Counted from the stretch's first letter, positions 19,601 to 27,442 are shown. The stretch: 32,000 nt of DNA from Sinorhizobium meliloti (GCF_017876815.1 NZ_JAGIOS010000003.1:510001-542000), one strand, 5' to 3'. Program-made: numbers and translations. The notes: generated from the sequence alone by a model not told the origin.

Positions 19601-21265
19601 GAGACGCGAGGCATCGCGCGCCCACGCATCACGCTGGCGGCGCACGCCGGCAAGCTCGGCAAAGCCGATCCGTTCGGTGATCGCCCGGAACGCCGCACCC
19701 GCCTCGATCGGCTGCAGCTGCATCGCGTCGCCGACCAGCACGGCTTTCGCGCCGGCATCTTCCACCGCCTTCAGGATCCGCGCCATCTGCTGCGACGACA
19801 CCATGCCGGCCTCGTCGATCACCAGCACATCGCCACGCTGGAGCAGATCGCGCCCGCTTTCCCAGGCCAGTTCCCAGGAAGCCAGCGTGCGCGACCGGAT
19901 GCCGGAACTGTCCTCCAGCCCCTCGGCCGCCTTGCCAGCCAAGGCTGCGCCGATCACCCGCCGGCCTTCGCCTTCCCAGGCGACGCGGGCCGCCGCCAGC
20001 AGCGTCGACTTGCCGGCCCCGGCAAGACCGACGACGGCTGCGATGGCATTGTCACGCGTAACATGACGGACCGCATCGACCTACTCGGGATCGAGCCGGA
20101 AGGGCTTTTCGGTATCAGCCGTTTCGATGCTTCGGACGGCTGCGGCGGCTCGCGCGTTGGAGACGCCGAAGCCCTTGCGCCTTGACAGCACCTCAGCCGA
20201 CCGCGCCATGGCATATTCGAGGCGCAGCATCTCCCGGGTGGTGAACACCGCCGGCTGCTTCGCCTTGCCGGCCTCGGCATCGACCTGCTGCGGCTTCAGC
20301 AGCACCAGCTCGTCGAAGGCCATCAGCCGCGCCCGGATATTGGCAAAGTCGACGGGATCGTCGACATAGCGGTGCAGCGCCCTGGCGATATCGCGCTCGT
20401 CGAAGGTGGAGCGTTCGTTGCCAAGCTGCTTCAAGAGAAGCCCAGGCTCGGCCAGCAGCCGGTCGGCCATTTCCTGCCGGCGGGCGAGATCGGCCGGCGC
20501 AAAATACATCGCGATGCCCTTGCGGGCGAGCGCCGCCTTTTCCGGCCCAAGATGTTTCTGTGCGATGCCGTCGAGGCCCTGCTCGGCATAGGAGCGGCCG
20601 TCGAGGCGGATCTCGTGGCCGGCAAGCGCCAGATGCCGGTTGGCGGTTTCCGCCCAGGCGATCTTCCAGGCCTTGATCGTTTCCTTGTCGCCGGCCCAGA
20701 GCTTGTAGACGATCTTGCCGTTCGGCCTGTCCGGCGTGACGACACGCAGCGGCTCGCCGTCTTCGCCCAGGACCGGAACCTTCTTCGGCCCGAACCCCTC
20801 CTCCGTCAGCGGACGCAGCGCGGTCATCAGATGGATGTGCGGATTGCCGTCCTTGTCGTGATAGACCCAGTCGGCGACCATGCCTTTCGACGTCAAATTG
20901 TCCCGGACGAACTCGCGCACCAGGGCAATGTTCTCCGCCCGGGTCAGCTCTTCCGGCAAAGCGATGATCAGCTCGCGCGCCAGCTGCGCGTCCGCCCGCG
21001 TCTCGTGAGCCTCAACCGCATTCCAGAGCGCCTCGCTCGCCTTGGCGACCGATCGCCCGTCGATCGCCGCCTTCAGCCAGGCGGGGATATCGTCCGGCAG
21101 CGCCAGCTCCTCATGCACCAGCTCCGAGGCGCCGCCGCGATAGCTGAACGAGGTTCCGGCCTGCTCGTCGATCATCCGGGTGCGATGGCGATAGGCGGCG
21201 GCCGAGACGATGCTGCGTCCCGCTCCCCTGCCGATCACCTGCGCTCTGACGAACATGATCGCCAC
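16646..21265 (-). pseudogene. traA: Conjugative relaxase/helicase TraA (MobA/MobL relaxase + RecD-like helicase), a single frame interrupted by an in-frame TAG at 20081-20083
   Basis: The N-terminal ORF has relaxase motifs (GTG 21265: MAIMFVRAQVIGRGAGRSIVSAAAYRHR; HDKDGNPHIHLM). The C-terminal ORF has helicase motifs (VLVIDEAGMV, VGDAMQLQPIEAG). Both ORFs share one frame (first bases 21322 and 19957 are both 1 mod 3). The gap translates as ..KPFRLDPE*VDAVRHVTRDNAIAAVVGLAGAGKSTLLAAARVAWEGEGRRV.., so the Walker A lies between the stop and the next start. Confidence 0.85.
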
Positions 21266-21289
21266 TGATGTCTCCAGACTTGTCCAGGC

Positions 21290-21322
21290 ACGTCGCGCCA
21301 GCGACGTATATTGCGCCCTCAA
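21290..21322 (+). other. oriT core: inverted repeat plus MOBQ-type nick region
   Basis: ACGTCGC-gcca-GCGACGT (21290-21307) is followed by ATATTGCGCCCTCAA. The IR-plus-TGCGCCCT arrangement matches the RSF1010/pTi-type nick region as I remember it. It sits in the traA/traC divergent intergenic region. Confidence 0.75.
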
Positions 21323-21378
21323 ACCGATCGGCCTGCTTTCCGGCTGCGACGTTTTCGGGATGATGCACGCTAACCCGT

Positions 21379-21406
21379 TTTACTATCATTTTCCAGATAG
21401 TATAAT
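21379..21406 (+). promoter_or_regulatory. Candidate sigma70-type promoter for traCDG (TTTACT - 16 nt - TATAAT)
   Basis: TATAAT at 21401-21406 lies in the only AT-rich patch of the traA-traC intergenic region. It overlaps a 5-bp inverted repeat, CTATC..GATAG. The traC RBS GGAAAGGA follows. Confidence 0.35.
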
Positions 21407-21448
21407 CGACGCCGTGCAGATTGCTCGAACAGGAAAGGACACATTCGA

Positions 21449-21736
21449 ATGGCCGCAAAATCATCGATCTCCGACATTGACGCCCAGATCGAAAAGCTGC
21501 GTGCGCGCCGACGATCGCTGATAGTAAAATCCGCCGAACGGTTTGCGCGCGCCGCGACAAAATCAGGTTTGGCGGAGATGGAGATCACGGAGGAGGAGCT
21601 TGACCGGATCTTCGAAGAAATGGCCGCGCGATTTCGCAATGACGAGAAGAAGGGGGTGGATCACGCAACTGCTTCGCCGCGTCGGCCAGCAGCTGGAGCA
21701 ACTGGAACGGCGGCGGAGGTTTCTCATGACGGCTGA
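21449..21736 (+). CDS. traC: Conjugal transfer (Dtr) accessory protein TraC
   Basis: 95 aa, the first gene rightward of oriT. Its coiled-coil N-terminus and ..EMEITEEELDRIFEEMAARFR.. resemble Ti/rhizobial TraC (~98 aa) as I recall it. Confidence 0.75.
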   Translation: MAAKSSISDIDAQIEKLRARRRSLIVKSAERFARAATKSGLAEMEITEEELDRIFEEMAARFRNDEKKGVDHATASPRRPAAGATGTAAEVSHDG

Positions 21737-21965
21737 TCGCAAGAACGAGGCCCGCGAGAAATTCCTGCTCGGCGCCATCGTCGTCAGGGCCGGACTGTCG
21801 AAGGCGGACCGGGCGTTTCTGCTCGGTGGCTTCATCGAACTGGCGAGGGTCACGGCCGGCTCTGCCGAGCATCGGCGGCTGCGCGATATCGGCGAGGAAG
21901 CCTTCACCGCTCCCGCGCTTGATGGCGGTTCGGCTGGCAACGCGGAGACGGCGGAATGGCACTGA
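21726..21965 (+). CDS. traD: Conjugal transfer accessory protein TraD
   Basis: MTADRKNEAREKFLLGAIVVRAGLSKADRAFLLGGFIELARV..HRRLRDIGEEAF matches the small TraD family (DRK..TR.KI.LG..V.KAGL). It overlaps the traC end by 11 nt and the traG start by 10 nt. An upstream in-frame ATG at 21639 is possible. Confidence 0.65.
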   Translation: MTADRKNEAREKFLLGAIVVRAGLSKADRAFLLGGFIELARVTAGSAEHRRLRDIGEEAFTAPALDGGSAGNAETAEWH

Positions 21966-23875
21966 AGGCAAAAACGCATCCGAGCCTGTTGGTCATTCTC
22001 TTCCCCGTCGCCGTCACCGCCGCTGCCGTCTATGTCGTCGGCTGGCGCTGGCCGGGGCTCGCCGCAGTCATGTCGGGGAAGACGGCATATTGGTTTCTGC
22101 GGGCGGCGCCCGTGCCAGCGCTACTGTTCGGGCCGCTAGCCGGCCTGTTGGCCGTTTGGGTCTTGCCATTGCACCGACGAAGGCCAGTCGCAATAGCGAG
22201 CCTCGCCTGTTTTCTGACGGTCGCGGGCTTCTACGCGCTCCGTGAATTCGGCCGGCTGTCCCCCTCCGTGGAAAGCGGTGCGCTATCATGGGACCGGGCG
22301 CTGTCCTACCTCGACATGGTCGCTGTCGTCGGCGCGGTCGTTGGCTTTATGGCCGTCGCTGTCTCCGCGCGCATCTCCACCGTCGTGCCCGAACCGGTAA
22401 AGCGCGCTAAGCGCGGAACCTTCGGTGACGCGGACTGGCTGCCGATGGCGGCGGCGGGAAAGCTGTTTCCGCCGGACGGCGAGATCGTCATCGGGGAGCG
22501 CTACCGCGTCGACAAGGACATTGTCCACGAACTGCCCTTCGAGCCAAACGATCCGGCGACTTGGGGCCAAGGCGGCAAGGCCCTTTTGCTGACCTACCGC
22601 CAGGACTTCGATTCCACCCATATGCTGTTCTTTGCGGGCTCGGGTGGATACAAGACGACCAGCAACGTCGTGCCGACGGCCCTGCGCTATACCGGGCCGC
22701 TCATCTGCCTCGATCCGTCGACCGAGGTCGCGCCCATGGTGATCGAGCACCGAACCCGCGTGCTCGGCCGCGAGGTGATGGTGCTTGATCCGACGAACCC
22801 GATCATGGGCTTCAACGTGCTCGACGGGATCGAGCACTCACGGCAAAAGGAAGAGGACATCGTCGGCATTGCCCACATGCTGCTGTCAGAAAGTGTGCGC
22901 TTCGAAAGCTCGACCGGCTCCTACTTCCAGAACCAGGCGCACAATCTCCTGACCGGCCTGCTCGCCCATGTGATGCTGTCGCCCGACTATGCCGGACGGC
23001 GAACCTTACGCAGTCTCCGGCAGATCGTATCCGAGCCAGAGCCGTCGGTGCTGGCGATGCTGCGTGACATTCAGGAGCATTCCGCGTCCGCTTTCATCCG
23101 CGAAACGCTCGGCGTCTTCACCAATATGACCGAGCAGACTTTTTCGGGCGTCTACTCTACGGCGTCGAAGGATACGCAGTGGCTGTCGCTCGACAGCTAC
23201 GCCGCACTCGTTTGCGGCAACGCGTTCAAGTCGAGCGATATCGTCTCGGGCAAGAAGGACGTGTTCCTGAACATCCCCGCGTCGATCCTGCGCTCCTATC
23301 CGGGCATCGGCCGCGTCATCATCGGCTCGCTGATCAATGCCATGATCCAGGCCGATGGCTCATTCAAGCGCCGGGCGTTGTTCATGTTGGATGAGGTCGA
23401 TCTCCTCGGCTACATGCGCCTCCTCGAGGAGGCACGCGACCGCGGCCGCAAGTACGGCATCAGCATGATGCTGCTGTACCAATCCCTAGGGCAGCTGGAG
23501 CGGCATTTCGGGAGGGACGGTGCGGTGTCGTGGATCGACGGATGCGCCTTCGCCTCCTATGCCGCGGTTAAGGCGCTGGACACGGCGCGCAACATTTCGG
23601 CGCAATGCGGAGAAATGACGGTCGAGGTAAAAGGAAGCTCCCGCAATATCGGCTGGGACACGAAGAACAGCGCATCGCGCAAATCGGAAAGCGTCAATTT
23701 CCAGCGCCGGCCGCTGATCATGCCGCACGAAATCACCCAGTCGATGCGAAAGGACGAACAGATCATCATCGTCCAGGGCCACAGCCCGATCCGCTGCGGG
23801 CGCGCGATCTACTTCCGGCGGAAGGACATGAACGAGGCGGCGAAGGCCAATCGCTTCGTCAAGGCGGTCCCTTGA
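21956..23875 (+). CDS. traG: Type IV coupling protein TraG (VirD4/TraG family)
   Basis: 639 aa with N-terminal TM helices. It has the FFAGSGGYKTTSNVVPTAL nucleotide-binding region, FMLDEVDLLG (Walker B-like) and SMMLLYQSLGQLE. Confidence 0.9.
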   Translation: MALKAKTHPSLLVILFPVAVTAAAVYVVGWRWPGLAAVMSGKTAYWFLRAAPVPALLFGPLAGLLAVWVLPLHRRRPVAIASLACFLTVAGFYALREFGRLSPSVESGALSWDRALSYLDMVAVVGAVVGFMAVAVSARISTVVPEPVKRAKRGTFGDADWLPMAAAGKLFPPDGEIVIGERYRVDKDIVHELPFEPNDPATWGQGGKALLLTYRQDFDSTHMLFFAGSGGYKTTSNVVPTALRYTGPLICLDPSTEVAPMVIEHRTRVLGREVMVLDPTNPIMGFNVLDGIEHSRQKEEDIVGIAHMLLSESVRFESSTGSYFQNQAHNLLTGLLAHVMLSPDYAGRRTLRSLRQIVSEPEPSVLAMLRDIQEHSASAFIRETLGVFTNMTEQTFSGVYSTASKDTQWLSLDSYAALVCGNAFKSSDIVSGKKDVFLNIPASILRSYPGIGRVIIGSLINAMIQADGSFKRRALFMLDEVDLLGYMRLLEEARDRGRKYGISMMLLYQSLGQLERHFGRDGAVSWIDGCAFASYAAVKALDTARNISAQCGEMTVEVKGSSRNIGWDTKNSASRKSESVNFQRRPLIMPHEITQSMRKDEQIIIVQGHSPIRCGRAIYFRRKDMNEAAKANRFVKAVP

Positions 23876-24197
23876 GGAGCCGACAGTGTCACGTTGGGAG
23901 AAGCCCTATCGATCAGGACGGCGGCACCGGGCAACGGGTCCTCCGCGCCGGGCGGAGTGAACCAGTCGAGGAAAATCGTGTAGCCGATCGCGAGGGCAAC
24001 AAGCCCGAGCGCCGTCAGATCGAACGCCCAGAAGAACATGCCATTGGCCCGCGTGGGACGGGCGTATACCACGATCGAGATCGGCACCTTGACCATAGCA
24101 TCATGAAACCTGTGATTGGGCGAAGCATGCAAAGGATATGGAAGGCGAGATACCACGCGCTGTAAACCGCCGCTCTGACGATGCCGAAGGCGCTCAC
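23809..24197 (-). pseudogene. Hypothetical membrane protein, probably frameshifted near 24085-24110
   Basis: Frame A (from GTG 24197) reads ..FGIVRAAVYSAWYLAFHILCMLRPITGFMMLW. Frame B reads VKVPISIVVYARPTRANGMFFWAFDLTALGLVALAIGYTIFLDWF.. Both are hydrophobic with G/C-rich third positions. Neither frame alone gives a convincing start-to-stop gene. The 3' end overlaps traG convergently by 67 nt. Confidence 0.3.
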
Positions 24198-24365
24198 GAA
24201 CGGAAGCCCGACGATGAACCGAAGCGCGGGGAAAGCACCGCTTCGGCTCGTCGCGTCGGTTTCGCGTTAAGCGCTTTGAGGCTCTGTCGACTGACCGGTT
24301 CCCTCGGCAGGAGACTATCCGTTTCCTGAGAGTCTATTCACAAGCCCAGATCGACCCAAGCGAGA

Positions 24366-24394
24366 GGGCAAACGCCGCCCTCAGAAGGGCGGCG
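24366..24394 (-). terminator. Hairpin overlapping the stop of the 58-aa ORF (CGCCGCCC-ttctga-GGGCGGCG followed by TTTGCCC)
   Basis: An 8-bp GC stem read directly. The U-tract is short (3 T), so this is only a weak intrinsic-terminator candidate. Confidence 0.4.
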
Positions 24395-24557
24395 CGGCGT
24401 CGATGGTGCCCTCCAGTTCGGCGATCGCTGCGGCCAGCTCGGCCTCAGCCAGTTCCAGCTCCGCTTTGATCTGGCAGCGTTCGGCGGCGTCCGCGTTCCT
24501 GAGCTCGGCGCGCAGTTCTTCTACCTGAATTTCAAGTGCAATCGTCATCGTCGTCAT
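24381..24557 (-). CDS. Small coiled-coil protein, 58 aa (below the ORF-track size cut-off)
   Basis: AAGGAG lies 1 nt... precisely CCAAGGAG directly precedes ATG 24557. Translation: MTTMTIALEIQVEELRAELRNADAAERCQIKAELELAEAELAAAIAELEGTIDAAPPF*. It has heptad-like Glu/Leu/Ala periodicity and G/C-rich third positions, and a hairpin at the stop. Confidence 0.55.
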   Translation of the reverse strand: MTTMTIALEIQVEELRAELRNADAAERCQIKAELELAEAELAAAIAELEGTIDAAPPF

Positions 24558-24854
24558 CTCCTTGGATAGTGTGAAAGATGACGCCCGGAGTCGTGAGGAT
24601 CGGGCCGGGTCAAGGATCGCGTCAGCGACCGCCGGAGGCGGCGAGCGGAGGAACCGATTTTCTGACGGTGCCCTTCAGGGCAGCGGTTGAAAATTGGAGG
24701 GGCCGCGAAGTCCTTGAGGCGGCGCGATGCTCACGGCAGACTTGGCTATCTGAGCAGACAGGCTTTCCTCTCGTGTGGCACGGCAGGAGGAGCACAAGCG
24801 GGCTCGATGCCCGTTTTTGCTCCCTATGCTGCGCGAAACAATGAAACGGCGAAA

Positions 24855-24878
24855 GCGGCCCCGATTGCTCGGGGCCGC
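24855..24878 (-). terminator. Intrinsic terminator candidate downstream of the DUF736 gene
   Basis: The minus strand reads GCGGCCCCG-agcaat-CGGGGCCGC followed by TTTCGCCGTTTCATTGTTT. It begins 13 nt after the DUF736 stop. Confidence 0.55.
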
Positions 24879-24890
24879 TCGCTTGGCTCG

Positions 24891-25214
24891 TCAGTCCGGA
24901 TTGTTCCACAGGATCACCTTCTTGCTCGGATCGCCGCCGGGTGCCGGTGCGAGGTTGCCGAAGATCACGCCGATCTCGGGGGCCTCCAGCTTCACCGTGA
25001 GGTATTCCTCGCCGGTCTGGCGGGCGATGCGGTTCCAACCCGCTCCGATCTCGAAGCCGGTCTTGCGGTGGATGACGCGGTAATCGGGGGCTTCTTCGCT
25101 CGACTTGCTTGCGTTCGGGATGATGGCGATCGGGGCGTTGACCCGGATGGTGGCGAAGACGCCTTCGAGGATGCCGTCGGTCTTCTGCGTCAGGGTTGCG
25201 ATCGTGGTGGCCAT
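24891..25214 (-). CDS. DUF736-family protein
   Basis: AAGGAG precedes ATG 25214. MATTIATLTQKTDGILEGVFATIRVNAPIAIIPN....APDYRVIHRKTGFEIGAGWNRIARQTGEEYLTVKLEAPEIG..FGNL matches the DUF736 pattern common on alphaproteobacterial plasmids and ICEs. The ORF-track start at 25259 adds 15 residues with no RBS. Confidence 0.85.
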   Translation of the reverse strand: MATTIATLTQKTDGILEGVFATIRVNAPIAIIPNASKSSEEAPDYRVIHRKTGFEIGAGWNRIARQTGEEYLTVKLEAPEIGVIFGNLAPAPGGDPSKKVILWNNPD

Positions 25215-25291
25215 GGTTCTGTCTCCTTCGGTTGCTCGGGACCATTCCCGATGGCGCACGAAGAGACGGCCGACCTGCTGCGGTCAGCTCG

Positions 25292-25365
25292 GCCGAAATT
25301 TTTGCAAAATTCTATTTTCCGCCGAGAGAAAAAGAACCGAAATCGAATTTTTCAAAAATTTCGGC
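25292..25365. repeat. AT-rich inverted repeat: 21-bp arms (20/21 match) with a 32-nt spacer; each arm is itself palindromic
   Basis: The left arm is GCCGAAATTTTTGCAAAATTC (25292-25312). The reverse complement of 25345-25365 is GCCGAAATTTTTGAAAAATTC. It lies 78-150 nt upstream of the DUF736 start and is the most AT-rich spot in the window. A TAGAAT -10-like hexamer sits on the gene strand inside the spacer. Confidence 0.8.
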
Positions 25366-25833
25366 TCGAGACTTACCCCTTTAGGGGTTGGCCGCAAAAG
25401 CAGGCGGTCGTCTATACGAGCGACATAAAACGGGAATGGTTCGGGGCGACTGAAGGACGCGACAAACCACCATAGCCGCCCGACCCAGCGCTGCGGGATA
25501 TCGGCCGCGCATCCCTTGAACGTTTTGCCTGCAAGCCAGTCAATTGCGTACCCTCGCCCGCTCCCAACTACAGCAAGCGGGTGGGCACCCCTTTCGATAC
25601 CATCCCTTTGTTGATCCGAGAGGTCGACGCGGCGACGGTATGGCGCCTGCAGACCGTGCGGCGATACCGGGTAAAGCTAATCGCGTGGACATCAGATGAG
25701 TGATCTTTCCCCACACGTCCGTCCGCGCCCGGCCATCTGAGCCGTCGGTCTTCGCCAGGCACATCGCCGCTGGCAAGCGTCCCATCCGAGCGATCGGAGC
25801 CGGCTTGGGCAGTGGAACCAAGCCCGTCGGAGA

Positions 25834-26230
25834 TCACGAGACAACAGGATCCGAGCAAGTGACGAACGGAATGCCATAGTGCGCGACATTCTGATCCTGG
25901 AAAACGAAATGCGCTCCCTCCGCCACGGACTGCGCCATGAGAAGGTCGAAGGGATCGCGGTGATAAAGCGGAAGAGCCGTAAGAGCGATAAGATGCGCAT
26001 CTGTAATATCCAGCCGGTCGAATCCCCGGCCCGGCAATATCGCAAGAATCTCTTCTATATCGGCATCAAGTTTGCCGATCCGCAGCTTCACCAATTTCCA
26101 AGACGGATGCGGCACTGACGAGGACGTCGTTCTCAGGTCGCCGATAGGGCCTCGCGCAGATTCCCGAACTCCTCGTCGTCGTTCAGCCACCACAACAAGG
26201 CATCGTATCGAGCAGCAGCCTCAGTCCCAT
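25834..26230 (-). pseudogene. vapC: PIN-domain (VapC-type) toxin gene, needing three frame changes to be read
   Basis: ATG 26230 gives MGLRLLLDT. A frame change near 26200-26206 gives (H)ALLWWLNDDEEFGNLREALS. A second change near 26138-26144 gives PENDVLVSAASVLEI. A third near 26089-26095 gives VKLRIGKLDADIEEILAILPGRGFDRLDITDAHLIALTALPLYHRDPFDLLMAQSVAEG..FVFQDQNV. Joined together this is a canonical VapC (LLDTHALLWW...SAAS.WEI..K...GKL...HRDPFDRLL.AQ). The span is 397 nt, which is 3n+1. Confidence 0.7.
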
Positions 26231-26486
26231 CTTCCACGGACCTTAGAACATCCTCCGGCAGGCTGTCGAAGTCATCGGCAACTTTGATCTTTCCGCGCAA
26301 TGCACCTGGTTTGCGTATGACCACGTCTGACGATGGCGGTCCGATTTCCGCAACCACCTTATGCTGGGACGTCAGGACGAACCTCTGCCCGTCTTCGACC
26401 TGCTTGAGGAAGGACGTCAGGTTGCCGCGAAATTCCCGCACGCCGACGCGGCGGGGAGTTGATGTCTGCTGCCGGGGTTGAGGCAT
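26133..26486 (-). CDS. Phd/YefM-type antitoxin; the ORF reads about 30 codons into the decayed toxin gene
   Basis: GGAG lies upstream of ATG 26486. VGVREFRGNLTSFLKQVEDGQRFVLTSQHKVVAEIGPP...GALRGKIKVADDFDSLPEDVLRSVEDG is a typical Phd-family antitoxin with the C-terminal 'DDFD..lP..vl' toxin-binding tail. There is no stop where the toxin ATG sits, so the frame runs on to 26133. Confidence 0.7.
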   Translation of the reverse strand: MPQPRQQTSTPRRVGVREFRGNLTSFLKQVEDGQRFVLTSQHKVVAEIGPPSSDVVIRKPGALRGKIKVADDFDSLPEDVLRSVEDGTEAAARYDALLWWLNDDEEFGNLREALSAT

Positions 26487-26507
26487 GGCGAGGCTCCGTT
26501 TCAGTGG

Positions 26508-26523
26508 GAAATGTGTGCACATT
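26508..26523. promoter_or_regulatory. Operator-like inverted repeat AAATGTG-tg-CACATTT upstream of the antitoxin gene
   Basis: 7-bp arms, directly adjacent to a TTGAAA -35-like hexamer (26523-26528, gene strand) and about 25-40 nt upstream of the antitoxin ATG. This is the usual position for TA autoregulation sites. Confidence 0.4.
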
Positions 26524-26813
26524 TTTCAAGAAATGAAAGCTTGTCGAGCCGCGTGGAGAACGGAGACCCGGCCGGCATGACGAGGACATGTTGTCGTAAG
26601 GCGGAAGGGCGCGGCCTTTCTCGCCTGCATGTTGACACGACCGCGCTGACCATGCCAGCGATCAGCACCGCGATATCTCGATGCGCTGGCCGGTGCGGAG
26701 ATCGACCAAGGCGATCTTGCCACCGTCACGTCCCGACACAATCGCTGTCGCCTCGACAGACGTTCGCATGCTCCGATCCGTCGGCCCTAGGAAAGTGTGG
26801 CGTCGGCTTTCGC

Positions 26814-27243
26814 TTACTCCGTCCGATTGACGCGTCGGCCCGATTTGCGCGGCGCCTCGCCAAAGGCTGCGGCAATCCTCATCATGAAGGCCTTGCTGAA
26901 CCGGCCAAGCGCTTGCTCGTCCGGCCCGATGTATCAGGATCGTTCGGCGACATCGTAATTGTATTCGTCGACAACGATCCAGCAGCGCTTGCGGTCGCTA
27001 AGGCCTGCCCGCCGGCACTCGATATCAGAAACTTCCAAGGCGATCCTATCGGCCTGCGGCGGCTGGGTTGTGAACGCGAGAAGCGCCAGATGCGTCCGGC
27101 CATCATTCGCGTCACGGACGGCGACCACGACGCAGGCCCGGTCGGGTCTTCCGGCCTTCGGTTTCGCCGTGCTCGTGTTGCCACGCCCAGAGATAGGGAT
27201 AAGCAATCACCTGACCGGGCAGGAACTCACGACTCATCGTCAT
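26814..27243 (-). pseudogene. Toxin-like gene (PemK/MazF-like N-terminal pattern; family uncertain) with one frameshift and one in-frame TGA
   Basis: MTMSREFLPGQVIAYPYLWAWQHEHGETEGRKTRP, then a frame change at a C-run (27137-27140) gives ACVVVAVRDANDGRTHLALLAFTTQPPQADRIALEVSDIECRRAGLSDRKRCWIVVDEYNYDVAERS. After TGA at 26934-26936 the same frame continues YIGPDEQALGRFSKAFMMRIAAAFGEAPRKSGRRVNRTE*. The span is 430 nt, which is 3n+1. Confidence 0.5.
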
Positions 27244-27414
27244 ACCTCTCGGCCGCGCCAGCCGGTCGATCTCCGCGGCGAAGAGCTCCCTATGCTCCTC
27301 CGGCATCTCGGAAGCGCGATGGACGCTGCGCGATCGCCGCCGGTGCGCATCCGCTCGTAGTTATTCGTAGCTCATCAGCACGAAGCGCGGTTTCTGGTGC
27401 TTGGTGAGAACCAT
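27240..27414 (-). pseudogene. Remnant of a Phd-like antitoxin gene upstream of the toxin-like pseudogene
   Basis: ..LLANLQKMVLTKHQKPRFVLMSYE is followed by TAA (27361-27363). It continues one frame over as NNYERMRTGGDRAASIA, then in the first frame as SEMPEEHRELFAAEIDRLARPRG. A TGA overlaps the toxin ATG (gtATGAcg), the classic TA junction. A TTG at 27483 could be the original start. Confidence 0.35.
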
Positions 27415-27442
27415 CTTTTGCAGATTTGCAAGAAGACGGCGC

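Noticed and set aside
16715-20185. 1156-aa ORF on the + strand, the longest ORF in the track
   Set aside because: It is exactly antisense to traA. Its translation is Arg/Gly/Ala/Leu-rich with no recognisable motif, whereas the minus strand carries clear relaxase and helicase motifs. Long antisense ORFs are expected in high-GC coding DNA.
21266-21322. ORF-track start of traA at 21322 (MRAQYTSLARRAW..)
   Set aside because: That extension would translate through the oriT inverted repeat and nick sequence. GTG 21265 gives the conserved MAIMFVRAQVI N-terminus.
21639-21725. Longer TraD starting at ATG 21639 (MTRRRGWITQLLRRVGQQLEQLERRRRFL..)
   Set aside because: It would overlap traC by ~98 nt, and the ~79-aa form from ATG 21726 matches the size I recall for TraD. 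The upstream segment is coiled-coil-like, so this stays an open alternative rather than a firm rejection.
24687-25475. 262-aa + strand ORF across the DUF736 locus
   Set aside because: It is antisense to DUF736 and runs through the AT-rich repeat. It has no RBS or motif, whereas DUF736 on the minus strand has an RBS, family motifs and a terminator.
25430-25833. About 400 bp with three overlapping minus-strand ORFs (93-117 aa) between the AT-rich repeat and vapC
   Set aside because: None of the six frames gave a recognisable motif, an RBS or a consistent G/C third-position bias. I treat it as non-coding or unrecognisably decayed DNA rather than calling genes.
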